Source: Macrostomum lignano
Taxonomy: Eukaryota
Assembly (NCBI GenBank): GCA_002269645.1
Contig: NIVC01000984.1
Coordinates: 1 to 64,000 of the forward strand
Direction: 5' to 3'
DNA: 64,000 nt
Below the pieces are notes generated by a model. That model was not told the origin of the DNA, made no database searches, and was given only the letters and a program-made list of their open reading frames with translations. The position numbers were made by a program, and so were the translations under genes. Of the stretch, positions 24,916 through 36,050 are shown piece by piece; position 1 is the first letter of the stretch; every line of letters begins with the position of its first letter.

Positions 24916-25420
24916 TAAATGAGCTAGCAATTCTCTCTGTTCTATGATCTCGTATACATGTAGCTGCATGGCAGCTTTCAAACATTTCGTAAAAAGTGCC
25001 CCAGTTCCAACTTACGTCATATTCAACTTAAGAATATGATACCTGACCCGACCAGTCTTATACAAGTTTCTCGTAAAAGTTGGAAGTTGCCAATGCCCTA
25101 TATCCCCTAAACTTCCCCTACTATTTTCTGTCTCCACTCTGCTCTCACATATTTCTACTCTACTCCTAAAACAGGATCATATTTCTAAAGATGTACGAGC
25201 GTATATAGCTAAAGCAGCAACTCGGTCCTCAGAAGCCTCCCCTCATCATTCCCCTCTGAGGGATATCAACCAGCTGGATTCGGATTTCAACATTAGGAAT
25301 CAGGGATATAAGGGAATTAACAATCGGGGATTGAGATTTGGAAATGAAAATGAAAATGAAAATTGGGGATTGAGAATAAAAAATGTCTAAATGAACTAGC
25401 TTCTCTCTATTCTATGATAT

Positions 25421-28400
25421 ACATGTATTCTGTAGTCCTTCAACATTATTTTGGTTCGAGTGCCGCCGCTCTAATCTTGAGGTGCCAATGTTTAGAGTTC
25501 ATAGTCCCCAGTCAAATTGCGGCAGTCACTTGTCGAAGGCCCCAAGGCCAAGACCCTAGGCCCCCTAAATACCATGCAGGATGTTGGGGACTGAGAGTCC
25601 CCTTTCGCGACATTAAATAATTAGTAAATGATCGGAGGCTGAGCCTTATGCGCTGAGCCATACTGTAATATATGAGCCGTACCTTTTTGTAATCCAGTTT
25701 GCCAAAACAGTATATATACGTACATGTAGAACCAACTTCGGGCACTTCAGGCACTGCGAGTTCACTCGATTCAGTTGAAGGGTAGGCAGAGGCAGAGAGC
25801 TTCCAGCTTTCTGCCTTAAACTGACTGACTGAATTCATTCTCATAGCATCGCTCTATGCAAATAAGCTTGTCAGCTGTTATCAAACCAACAGCTCCGCTG
25901 CTTTCCGCCGCTCCCCCCAACAGCTCCGTTGCTTTCCGCCGCTCCCCCCAGCAGCTCCGCTGTATTCCGCCGCTCCCCCCAACAGCTCCGCTGCTTTCCG
26001 CCGCTTACACCAACAGCTCCGCTGCTTTCCGCCGCTCCCCCCCAACAGCTCCGCTGCTTTCCGCCGCTCCCCCCAACAGCTCCGCTGCTTTCCGCCGCTC
26101 CCCCCCAACAGCTCCGCTGCTTTCCGCCACTTCCCCCAACAGCTCCGTTGCTTTCCGCCGCTCCCCCCAACAGCTCCGCTGCTTTCCGCCGCTCCCCCCA
26201 ACAGCTCCGCTGCTTTCCGCCGCTCCCCCCAACAGCTCCGTTGCTTTCCGCCGCTCCCCCCAGCAGCTCCGCTGTATTCCGCCGCTCCCCCCTACAGCTC
26301 CGCTGCTTTCCGCCGCTCCCCCCAACAGCTCCGTTGCTTTCCGCCGCTTCCCCCAACAGCTCCGCTGCTTTCCGCCACTTCCCCCAACAGCTCCGCTGCT
26401 TTCCGCCGCTCCCCCCAACAGCTCCGCTGCTTTCCGCCGCTCCCCCAACAGCTCCGCTGCTTTCCGCCGCTCCCCCAGCAGCTCCGCTGTATTCCGCCGC
26501 TCCCCCCAACAGCTCCGCTGCTTTCCGCCGCTTACACCAACAGCTCCGCTGCTTTCCGCCGCTCCCCCCAACAGCTCCGCTGCTTTCCGCCGCTCCCCCC
26601 AACAGCTCCGCTGCTTTCCGCCGCTCCCCCCAACAGCTCCGCTGCTTTCCGCCACTTCCCCCAACAGCTCCGTTGCTTTCCGCCGCTCCCCCCAACAGCT
26701 CCGCTGCTTTCCGCCGCTCCCCCCAACAGCTCCGCTGCTTTCCGCCGCTTACACCAACAGCTCCGTTGCTTTCCGCCGCTCCCCCCAGCAGCTCCGCTGT
26801 ATTCCGCCGCTCCCCCCAACAGCTCTGCTGCTTTCCGCCGCTCCCCCCAACAGCTCCGTTGCTTTCCGCCGCTTCCCCCAACAGCTCCGCTGCTTTCCGC
26901 CGCTTCCCCCAACAGCTCCGCTGCTTTCCGCCACTTCCCCCAACAGCTCCGTTGCTTTCCGCCGCTCCCCCCAACAGCTCCGCTGCTTTCCGCCGCTCCC
27001 CCCAACAGCTCCGCTGCTTTCCGCCGCTCCCCCGCATGCCTCCAGATCTAGATTCCTTGGTTCTATCCGTGATCCAAAGATCCAACTATACAATGTCTCT
27101 ATCAATCAAACACTAAGTTTGCTGCTCAATCTGCTTTCCATATACCTTGCTTGAGGAGCATATGGATCAGTGAAGTCTAGCCAGTGTCGTTTAGATCGTC
27201 AAAAGCAATACAGCAAGGCATTACAATGTATTTCAAGCGATTCAAACGGCTATTACGCTAGTAGCATTCAACAAGATTGGTTTTGGCGCCATGCAATGTA
27301 AAATTTTTGGTACAATGTTACGTCAGTAGATACGAAGTACTATAATAATTGTAATGCAGAACAGCGGCAGTAGCTAAATAATGACACCCGAACTTGAATT
27401 TTGCGATAATATTACACGCAATAAATAGCATTGACACCGGAAGGCAATAAGTAAAACAGTAATAAGTATAAGCTATTGAATCGCGAGTACGCAATATGCA
27501 CCATCACAGTTCGCAGCTAGGCAAATAATTTTGGAAAGAAAATAACAACAAGGCACACCCAGTATTGTTGAGTTAAAAGTAACAGTTCACAATGGGAGGC
27601 GGTGTCAGATCAGTTCTCTCAGTGCGAGCTCTCTAAAGGCGGCAACAGCGTGCGCCTGGCCAATCACCTTAGCGCCATCCAACAGGCAATCCGCGACGCG
27701 ACTCGCCCGGCCGTAGCCCCGGTGCCAGGGGCCCTGCATCGTGAGCAGCAGGACGTCTTGCACTGGTTGAGAACAGTAGGCCTCCGCGTGGATGGTGTGG
27801 CCCGCCAGCTGATGTCTTCGCCTGCGGAGGGTCTCGCTAGGTGATCGCAGCAGTCTGGCAGCGCGGCGTTCTGCAGGACGACTCGGATGGAGCGGAAGGC
27901 CGCCCAGGCCAGGCCCCTGCGTCGCGCCAAGTCCTCCTGGACACTGGGCACAAGATCGCCGGGGTACGTGAAGCACGCGCAGCGAGGTAGAACTGCTGCA
28001 TGACCGTCGGGTGTCCCAGCAGATGATTTTGATAGGCAGCTCCGCAGGTACAGTCATCACCTCCGTCTTCTCGATGTTCACCGCTAGCCCGACCGATGCC
28101 GCAGCTGCCACCAACCAGGCTGTCTAGCATGCGCTGAGCTCCCTCAGCCGTAGAGGCGGGCAGCGCCAGGTCGTCGGCGTAACCCATGAGTGACAGCCGC
28201 TTCTCCGATTGGCGGCAGCTTGTTTGCCGGCACAGTAGGAAGCTGTCCTCATCTGTTGGCAGGGCCCTACGTAGCACCCCATCGAGCACCAACACGAAAC
28301 GGTTGGACGCAAGCGTGTCGCCTTGCAGCATCCCTGAGGTCGTGTTGAACAGGTCGGATAGTCCGTCAGGTGTCACCACGGCGGCCAGGGAGAAGAGAGT

Positions 28401-31085
28401 TATGGTTGCTGCGACCAGTCGCTCCGGCACGTGGTATGACCTCAAGACCGGTGCGAGGACATTCATGAGAGAGAAAATAGAAATATTATTTTTCACTTCT
28501 GAAAAGGATAATTAAATTTTATTAGCAGAGCTACGAGAAAGGGTGAGGCTGAATAGGAAAATAGGGTGGGGCTGGAGGGGCGAAGAGGTTGAGGCTGGGG
28601 TAGGAGAGGGTGAGGCTGGAGGGGAGGAGAGGATGGGGCTGAAGAGGAGAGAGTGGGCTGGGGGAAGAAGGGGGTGGGGCTGGAGGGGACATGAGAGCGA
28701 GGCTGAAAGAGAACAAGGGTAGGTCCTGGAGAGAAGGATAGGGGCTGGAAGAAAGGAGAGGGTAGGTTTTTGGGGAGAAAAGGGTGAGGATTCAACTGGA
28801 GGACATAGTAGGGCTAGAGGGGACGAGGGGTATTGAAGGAAAGAAGAGAGTAGAGGCTAGAGGGTAGGAGGACGAGGTTGGAGGAGAAAAGGTGATGTTA
28901 GAGAGGAGAAAGGGTGAGGGCTAGAGAGGAGGATGAGGCTAGCGGAGAGAAGAGGGTGAGGCTGCAGGGAAGGAGGGTGGGGCTAGAGGGAAGGAGGGTG
29001 GGGCTGGAAGGTAGGATAGTGGAACTAGAGGCTAGGAAGGTGGGGCTAGAGGGTAGGAGGGTGAGGCTGGAGGGGAGGAGGGTGAGGCTGGAGGGGAGGA
29101 GGGTGAGGCTGTAGGGAAGGGGGTGGGGCTGGAGGGAAGGAGGGTGGGGCTGGAGAGGAGAAGAGGTTGGAAACTGGAGGGGAGGGTGGGGCTAGAAAGT
29201 AGGAGGGTGGGGCTGGAGGGTAGGAGGGTGGGGCTGGAGTGGAGAAGAGGGTGGAAGCTGGAAGGGAGGGCGGGGCTGGAGGGAAGGAGGGTGGGGCTGG
29301 AAGGTAGGATAGTGAAACTAGAGGCTAGGAAGGTGGGGCTAGAGGGTAGGAGGGTGGGGCTGGAGGGTAGGAGGGTGGGGCTGGAGTGGAGAAGAGGGTG
29401 GAAGCTGGAAGGGAGGGCGGGGCTGGAGGGTAGGAGGGTGGGGCTGCAGGGGAGAAGAGGGTGGAAGCTGGGAGGGCAGGGCTTGAGGGTAGGAGGGTGG
29501 GGCTGGAGGGAAGGGGGTGGGGCTAGAGGGTAGGAGGGTGGGGCTGGAGGGAAGGAGGGTAGGGCTAGAGGGTAGGAGGGTGGGGCTGGAGGGAAGGAGG
29601 GTGGGGCTGGAGGGAAGGAGGGTGGGGCTAGAGGGTAGAAGAGGGTGGAAGCTGGAGGGGAGGGTTAGGGCTAGAGGAAAGGGGTGGGGCTGGAGGGAAG
29701 GGGTGGGGCTAGAGGGAAGGGGTGGGGCTAGAGGGAAGGGGTGGGGCTGGAGAGAAGGGATGGGTCTAGAGGAGAGAAGAGGGTGGAAGCTGGAGGGAGG
29801 GTGGGGCTAGAGGGAAGGAGGGTGGAGCTGGAGGGTAGGATAGTGGAACTAGAGGCTAGGAAGGTGGGGCTAGAGGGTAGGAGGGTGAGATTATGAAAAA
29901 AGGGTAAGAATTTAATGGGAAAACATTGTGGGACTGGAGAGGAGGGCAATACTGAAGGGAAAAGAAGGTGAGGCTCTAAAGAAGAGAATATAGGCTAGAA
30001 AGAAAAAGGTAAGGTCTAGCATTAGAGGGAAAAAAGGTCACAACTAGAAGGATATCATGACTTTATAGTTGATTAGACTATGGCTAATTATTTCAAAAAG
30101 GTTTTTATTCTAGGCATGCTTTATCTTATATAGTTATATTCCTACTTTTGATTCCCATAAAACAATATTATTAAAACATTTTAATATAAAACATTATAAA
30201 CATAGGCTAGGCTTAGGTCTTATAAAAAGATAGGCCTAAGCTACTTAAATTAAAGAACCAAATGAATTTTAGATCCAAAGAAAAAAAGATTCTTATTATC
30301 ATTAAAAAACATATTCTAATATAGCATAAAGGCTTTATAACACAAAAGAAAAGAAAATATTTTAGACTTAGACCTACTAGTCAATAGTAGAAAATAATCA
30401 ATGATTTGAAATAGAAGGCTATTAGATTTTAGAAGCCTAGAAAGCTTATTAAATATGCATTTTGCCTAGGCTAAACAAAAAATTGGATAGTTATGTAAAT
30501 TTTAAATGATTCCAAAGTCTAAAGAGCAATAAATAAATCTGTAAAGTGTAAGCCTAACTAATTGGCAAGTGGTAAAATTTTATATATAGGCAGGCTTATT
30601 TTAATTTAGCTAGCTAAAATGCAATTTGAATTGTACACTTGTTTACCAATATCACCCGTGGCTTATAGAACCGGCTGGTGCATACGTGCGCAAATGTATT
30701 AAATACAACGTAAAATAAAGCCAGAAATACATGCAGCGCTACACCGCTGCATTCATTACTGGGCTGCAAGGCCGTGTTTTCCGAGGATAGAATGGCCTCA
30801 CGAGTGGGACACGGCTGGCGCAGCGAAGCTTCAAACTAAAAATCCACTATACTATCCACGACCACTAGCACTAGTATTATTAGTATACTATTTAGTATAT
30901 TTGGTATATACTAATAAAAATAAGTCAGTGCTTATATAATGCTACAGTCGATATAGCTATTGCGCACTAGATATGGTTTCCTAGAAAACGAAATCCACCG
31001 TATTTTGTAACACGGTAACATGTTACGGCTCGATAGGCATCGGGAGTTTTTCATGTTATATTCCCGATGTTTTTGCAAAACAGGC
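25421..31085. repeat. Right arm of the inverted duplication
   Basis: Reverse complement of 18543-24113; lacks the Penelope insertion. Confidence 0.95.
27605..28470 (-). mobile_element. Degenerate non-LTR RT fragment, right-arm copy
   Basis: SGMLQGDTLA...GYADDLAL; mirror image of 21620-22490. Confidence 0.85.
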
Positions 31086-31740
31086 CTGGAAATAAAGGCG
31101 GAATTACGAGCGAGTATACAGAAAATTATTCAATTCTTAAATTCTTATTATAAAGTTAAATACTGCGTAGAATGAAGGTTTCCAAAGTTTGAACTTCTCT
31201 GATAAGGGTGAATCTTATAAAAATAAAATTCCGAAAGTTGTAGTCAATGAAATCACACAACATTCATAACAAAAGTGTTTGATTCCTTACTTAAAAGATT
31301 TCAGAAAGCTTTTAAAGTTTTTGCTCGTTTTTAAGCTAATTTAATTTTTCCTTCTTTATGCAACTTGTTTTTTGTGCTGAAGTAAGAGCACACACGCTTG
31401 CGAAAAACTTGTTAGCCCAATTTTCAGATGACCTACATAAGTCAGTCTACAGCTAGGCGCTAGCAGTAATTCCAAAAAACAGCTAGTCTAACATTAAGCG
31501 AAACCATCCGCTCTTGTAGACGAAAATACGTATGACAAGTACGAAGTACATTTAGTAAGTGTAACACTAAACCTGTAATCAATTGAGGCCTACTACATGT
31601 AAAAGCCAAATGAAAAATATATAAAAAACATAAAAACTCATCAAATTGCATTCAAGAACTCGACTGAAATATCAAAAATATTGACTCCTTCATGTACTGT
31701 ATATATTTGCTTCCATATTGTTAGAATAAATAAATAAATA

Positions 31741-31990
31741 CACGCTATCGCCGCGCCGGCCTGCTGGCCCGTCCTGCTGCGACTTCGGCGACTCCAGCTG
31801 GCAGGCCACATCATCCGCGCCGAGTTCTACTGCCCGCAGCCGGTGCAGGAGGTGCTGCTGCTAACGCGGCAGGCACCTACCGGTGCGGCCAGGCCCGAAC
31901 TTGGCGTTTCGTCGACTGCCTGCTGGCCGACGCTGGCGGCGGCCTTTGTTCGCGCCCAGGCTCTGAAGCGTGTGCCCTGTGACGCTGCAT
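31741..31990 (+). mobile_element. 3' fragment of a related non-LTR element
   Basis: RRLQLAGHIIRAEFYCPQPVQEVLLLT resembles RHQLAGHTIHAEAYCSQPVQDVLLLT in the arm copies. Confidence 0.7.
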
Positions 31991-32111
31991 TTTTCCACCT
32001 GACAGCGTACTTTGTTGTTGTTGTTGTTGTTGTTGTTAGAATGACATACAGTATACAGTGTATATTTCAGAATGTGCATTTACATATGTAGCTCGATTCT
32101 TAACTCCTAAA

Positions 32112-32753
32112 TGACTATCAAGGACTTCTGTGGTATAAATTTACCATAGACTTTTACGCATCTTCCAACAGGAATTGGGTCACTGTGGACGCATCTGATC
32201 TGCTTGGATTCGGCCGTCAACTTCGTGCAGACCTGGTCTGCTCAGCTCGACAACATCATTGCTCGTGCAAAAAACTTTGTAGCATGCGGCCACCTGTAAA
32301 ACTGCTGAAGACGTCTGTGGCAGATTTTTCTAACAATCTTCCCTTCTATATGGTTCTTCTGTTCTTCTGTACTCTTGTTCTATGTATGGTTCTCAGGTTA
32401 TTCTTCACTTTTTATAGTCCTAGCCTTGATCTCCCCGTTCTCTAGTTCTCTGATTCTTCCCAACTACACCTGAATGGTTCTGTTCTTATGTACTCTTGTT
32501 CTCTGGTTCTCTGATTTTTTGAGTTCCTGTCCTCTTGTTCCTTTTTTTCCTCGTTAGTTAATGCGTCCGTCGTTAGATTTATCGACAAATTCTAGGATTT
32601 TTAACTAGTAAGAAAAGCTGATAAGTATATACATGTGTTCGGCATACTGTCAATCAGCCAGCCCCACATTTTTTCTTACTCACTAAAGAGTTTCCAGTCC
32701 TTTCTTATCAATGGTAAATTTATATCGCAGAAGTCCCTGATGACTATGCGTCA
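32112..32753. mobile_element. Putative MITE (~640 bp) with ~30-bp imperfect TIRs
   Basis: atcaaggacttctgtggtataaatttaccat versus the reverse complement of atggtaaatttatatcgcagaagtccctgat. Confidence 0.55.
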
Positions 32754-32959
32754 TTGAATGATACGGTATTTCAATTTGTTGTAGAAGCATAAAACTGATG
32801 CATATCTACAGGTATACACGTCTGCACGAAATCAGCCTCAGCGACTTGTCTATGGTCAGTGATGACTTTCAAAAGCGCGATTTTCACCAGCTACGCTCGT
32901 AACATTAACTAATCGCTCATTCGGCAACATCATGCATAATATTAAGGCTCGTTAATGAT

Positions 32960-34255
32960 ATGGAACTAAGCCTTGACACTTCGGATTCGTCATCAACACA
33001 AGTGCTTCAGCTGATAGACATTATGGAGGCTTCCGTATTTAATCAAGATGAAGTTCGAACAGACGGCCCCAGCAGCGACTTGTTTGTGCGCTACCAGACG
33101 ATCCTAGCCGAGATTGAAGCGATTAAAACCCTGACGGCAGTCACTGAGCAAGAGATTCAAAGCCTTCGCAAACGTGAAAACGAACTTAAACAGCGGTTGA
33201 AGAGTCTCACAGATGAAACGCCGCTTCGCATTGCTTCATTCTCATTTTTCATACCGGAGAGCGAGGAGTCTGTAGTCGAATGCGACGGCATCGAGGTGAT
33301 TGTTCACACCTTGCCGCTAATTGATCGCGAACGGTTAACACCGGGAGTTCAGGTGCTTCTCTACGGCGTCTACGAGCACAGCGCCAGCACCTTCGTGCCG
33401 TCCTGCCTAATAGACATTTTCCCTGACGAAGCAAACGCCGGTGTGTCAGTCCTGGACCCCAGCAGCCGACCTGACGTGCTCTACTCAGACATTGGCGGCC
33501 TGGAGCAGCAAAAGATGGAGCTTCGCGAGCTTGTTGAGCTGCCGCTCAATCAACGCCAACTGATGGAGCAGCTGGGCATCGATCCACCCCGCGGCATCCT
33601 GCTGTACGGCCCGCCCGGCTGCGGCAAAACAATGCTTGTGAAAGCTGTGGCTCACGCTACATCCGCCACGTTCATCTACGCCGTCGGCTCCGAATTTGTC
33701 AAAATGTTCAGCGGCGAAGGACCGCGCAAAGTTCGCGAAGTGTTCCGCTTAGCCAGGGAGCGCGCACCATCAATTTTGTTCGTAGACGAAATCGACTCCG
33801 TGGCCATTCGTCGAAACGAGAATGTGATGGGCAGCGGCGAGAAGGAGATCCAGCGCATCCTGATGGAGTTCTTGGTCCAGATGGACGGCTTCGATCGCCT
33901 GTCAAACGTAGTGGTTATCATGGCCACCAATCGGCCGGAAATCCTCGACCCGGCGTTGCTTCGTCCCGGCCGACTGGACCGGAAGCTGGAGTTTCCTTAT
34001 CCAGATCAGCGCGAACGGCGCAGCATCCTGCAGACGGTGTTGGAGAATGTGACCACCGCGCCAGACCTGGACCTGGATCCGATTGTCCAGTCGGGCCGGC
34101 AGCTCAGCGGCGCCGACATTCGGGCTGTTGTTCGCGAGGCCGCCATGCTAGCCGCCCGTGAGCACATGTACGAGGTGGGCAATAAGCACCTGCTGGCGGC
34201 CTATGCTAAGGTCACTGAGAACAACGCGACCAACCTGCCGTCGTTTTACAACTAG
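32960..34255 (+). CDS. PSMC4: Intronless, divergent 26S proteasome AAA-ATPase subunit Rpt3/PSMC4-like
   Basis: 431-aa uninterrupted ORF: PDVLYSDIGG, GIDPPRGILLYGPPGCGKTML, Walker B LFVDE, ATNR..ILDPALLRPGRLDRK, C-terminal FYN. The AVAH.T, GSEFV..GEGP and terminal FYx pattern points to Rpt3 rather than other Rpts. Confidence 0.88.
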   Translation: MELSLDTSDSSSTQVLQLIDIMEASVFNQDEVRTDGPSSDLFVRYQTILAEIEAIKTLTAVTEQEIQSLRKRENELKQRLKSLTDETPLRIASFSFFIPESEESVVECDGIEVIVHTLPLIDRERLTPGVQVLLYGVYEHSASTFVPSCLIDIFPDEANAGVSVLDPSSRPDVLYSDIGGLEQQKMELRELVELPLNQRQLMEQLGIDPPRGILLYGPPGCGKTMLVKAVAHATSATFIYAVGSEFVKMFSGEGPRKVREVFRLARERAPSILFVDEIDSVAIRRNENVMGSGEKEIQRILMEFLVQMDGFDRLSNVVVIMATNRPEILDPALLRPGRLDRKLEFPYPDQRERRSILQTVLENVTTAPDLDLDPIVQSGRQLSGADIRAVVREAAMLAAREHMYEVGNKHLLAAYAKVTENNATNLPSFYN

Positions 34256-34726
34256 CCAACTGGATAAACCTATAAGGCATTGATTTGCAGTATTGCTTGG
34301 TTTAGCATCTCATTGAATAAAGCATGCACAAAATACCGATTCGGAATTTTAGTTTAAAAAAACTAAGAGGCCAAGATGCCAGAGTTTTTTGTTGTTCTTG
34401 TTGTTTTTATTACAGACTTCCTACTGTAACCATTGGCAATGTAGCTCGTATTTAGAGATTACATGCAAATTACAAAAGAATTTTCAGTCTTACTCGACAA
34501 CATAGTCTTTTTACTGCACAGATGTTCCAAACACTACAAGGGTATTCGCTATCTATTCATCTTCTTATCGCTTCTAAATTTACAGGAAATAAACAAAAAA
34601 TAGTGAAAAACATTAACTTAGGAAACCGCTAATGGCCTACGAGGAGTGTTTTGGTATATCTGTGCTGTATACTGTAAGCGGGTTAAATCAGTAGTCAAGT
34701 CAGTATAAAGTATTCGGTGCCAATTA

Positions 34727-36050
34727 TCACGCTGTGTTATGCACCTTGTTGATCTTGGCAATCCAGGCCACCTCCCTTTCCTTCAGCTTGGCCGCCAGCT
34801 CAGCCTCCAGGCCGCCGAGGGCCTCTCGGCAGACTTCGTCAACAGCCGCCTGAACCTCCTCTGGCGTCAGCTCGGCCAGTGCGGCCTCGAGGCCCGCCGC
34901 CTGCTCCTGCTGCTGTTGCAGGGCCGCCGAAGCTGCTTCGCCGGTGCCCGGACGCGAGGCCGACGCGTCTGTTGCACCGTCGGCAGCTCCGGCAGCGGTC
35001 GTCAGCTCCTCTTCGGCGATAGTGCGCGCGCGGCTGCTGGTGGCGCCAGTGCGGACGCTGCAGCGCCTGTAGAGCTCCTCCGGCATGCCTTCGCACAGCG
35101 GCGCCGGGAATGGCAGGGACGCCGGCGGCAGAGCGTCAGCCGGCACGCGCCGGGTGACGATAACCTGGTCCGGCTGGCCGGAGAACAGGAACTGGTAGAG
35201 GCGAAGGTGCTGCAGCAGAGTTCGATTGAACAAATCCATCAGGGCCTGTGGGGTAATTTTCAGTGTTGATTTGCGTCACTGGTTGCTGAAGATTGTTTGA
35301 AGATAGATACAATTTAAAGCAGGCATTGAGGTATTTTTCTGCCTATTACGAGTACTTCGCTTCTCTTGAGCCATCATACCATACAGGAGGGCTCAGAGGA
35401 CCTGAGGTTTTTGTCCTTAGATGCCGTCCTCATGGATATTCAAGTTTTTTATGCAAACAAAGCCAAATCTACAGCCCTAAGCGCGTTATAAACAAATGCA
35501 GCCTACGTCTGGAATCAAACTCAAGCCCTATAAAGCACAGGAGAACGATATGCAACACTTGGCAAGCAACGCTTGGAGGACAAATAAGAACACTCGTAAA
35601 CTATAAAAATATAAGGACTGACCTGCAGCTTTTCGGCGCCAAGCATCTCTAGGCCGCTGAGGCCGTCGGTGGCGATGCCGACACCGACCAGAAGCTCCTT
35701 AAGCTGCATGACAAGCTGTGCGTGACCGGAACCGGACTCGGCCGCCTCCAGAAGAATCTTTGCAGCGGCATAGGCCACAGACAATTCGCCAGCTGCTAGC
35801 TGATTTTCTCGGCACCACAGCACTACTGACGAGTAGTAGTCTAGTAGGGCCGCCTGTCGCGTGTCCCAGCCGGCCGAATCTAATCGCAGGTATTGTCGGA
35901 CAGTTCCTGGACTTCGTCCTCGTCCTCAGCATCCAGCCAGCGCTGCGCCTCGGCCTCTGGGACGTCCTTGAACACAAGGTAGCCGACGCCGGTGCCGCTC
36001 TTGCCAGAGTCGTCCTTCTTGTTGCTGCCCCGGCTTTTGGGACTCTTCAT
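34727..36050 (-). CDS. CFAP119: CFAP119/C8orf74 (CLAMP, C1a-32)-family-like protein; exons 36050-35623 and 35245-34727; 1-nt deletion at ~35899
   Basis: ATG at 36050; YLVFKDV...AALLDYYSSVVLWCRENQL...; donor CAG|GTCAGT, acceptor cacag|GCC; LFNRTLLQHLRLYQFLF and LCEGM resemble the family motif F..HY.LY.Y. Confidence 0.6.

Noticed and set aside
22913-27154. 200-430-aa ORFs on both strands (TAPLLSAAPP / GGKQRSCWG)
   Set aside because: They derive from a GC-rich 30-bp satellite open in most frames and mirrored in both palindrome arms.
18543-31085. Palindrome as a pure fold-back sequencing artefact
   Set aside because: The arms differ by a TSD-flanked insertion, by satellite copy number and by substitutions, which a single folded read would not produce. 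Haplotype mis-joining is not excluded.
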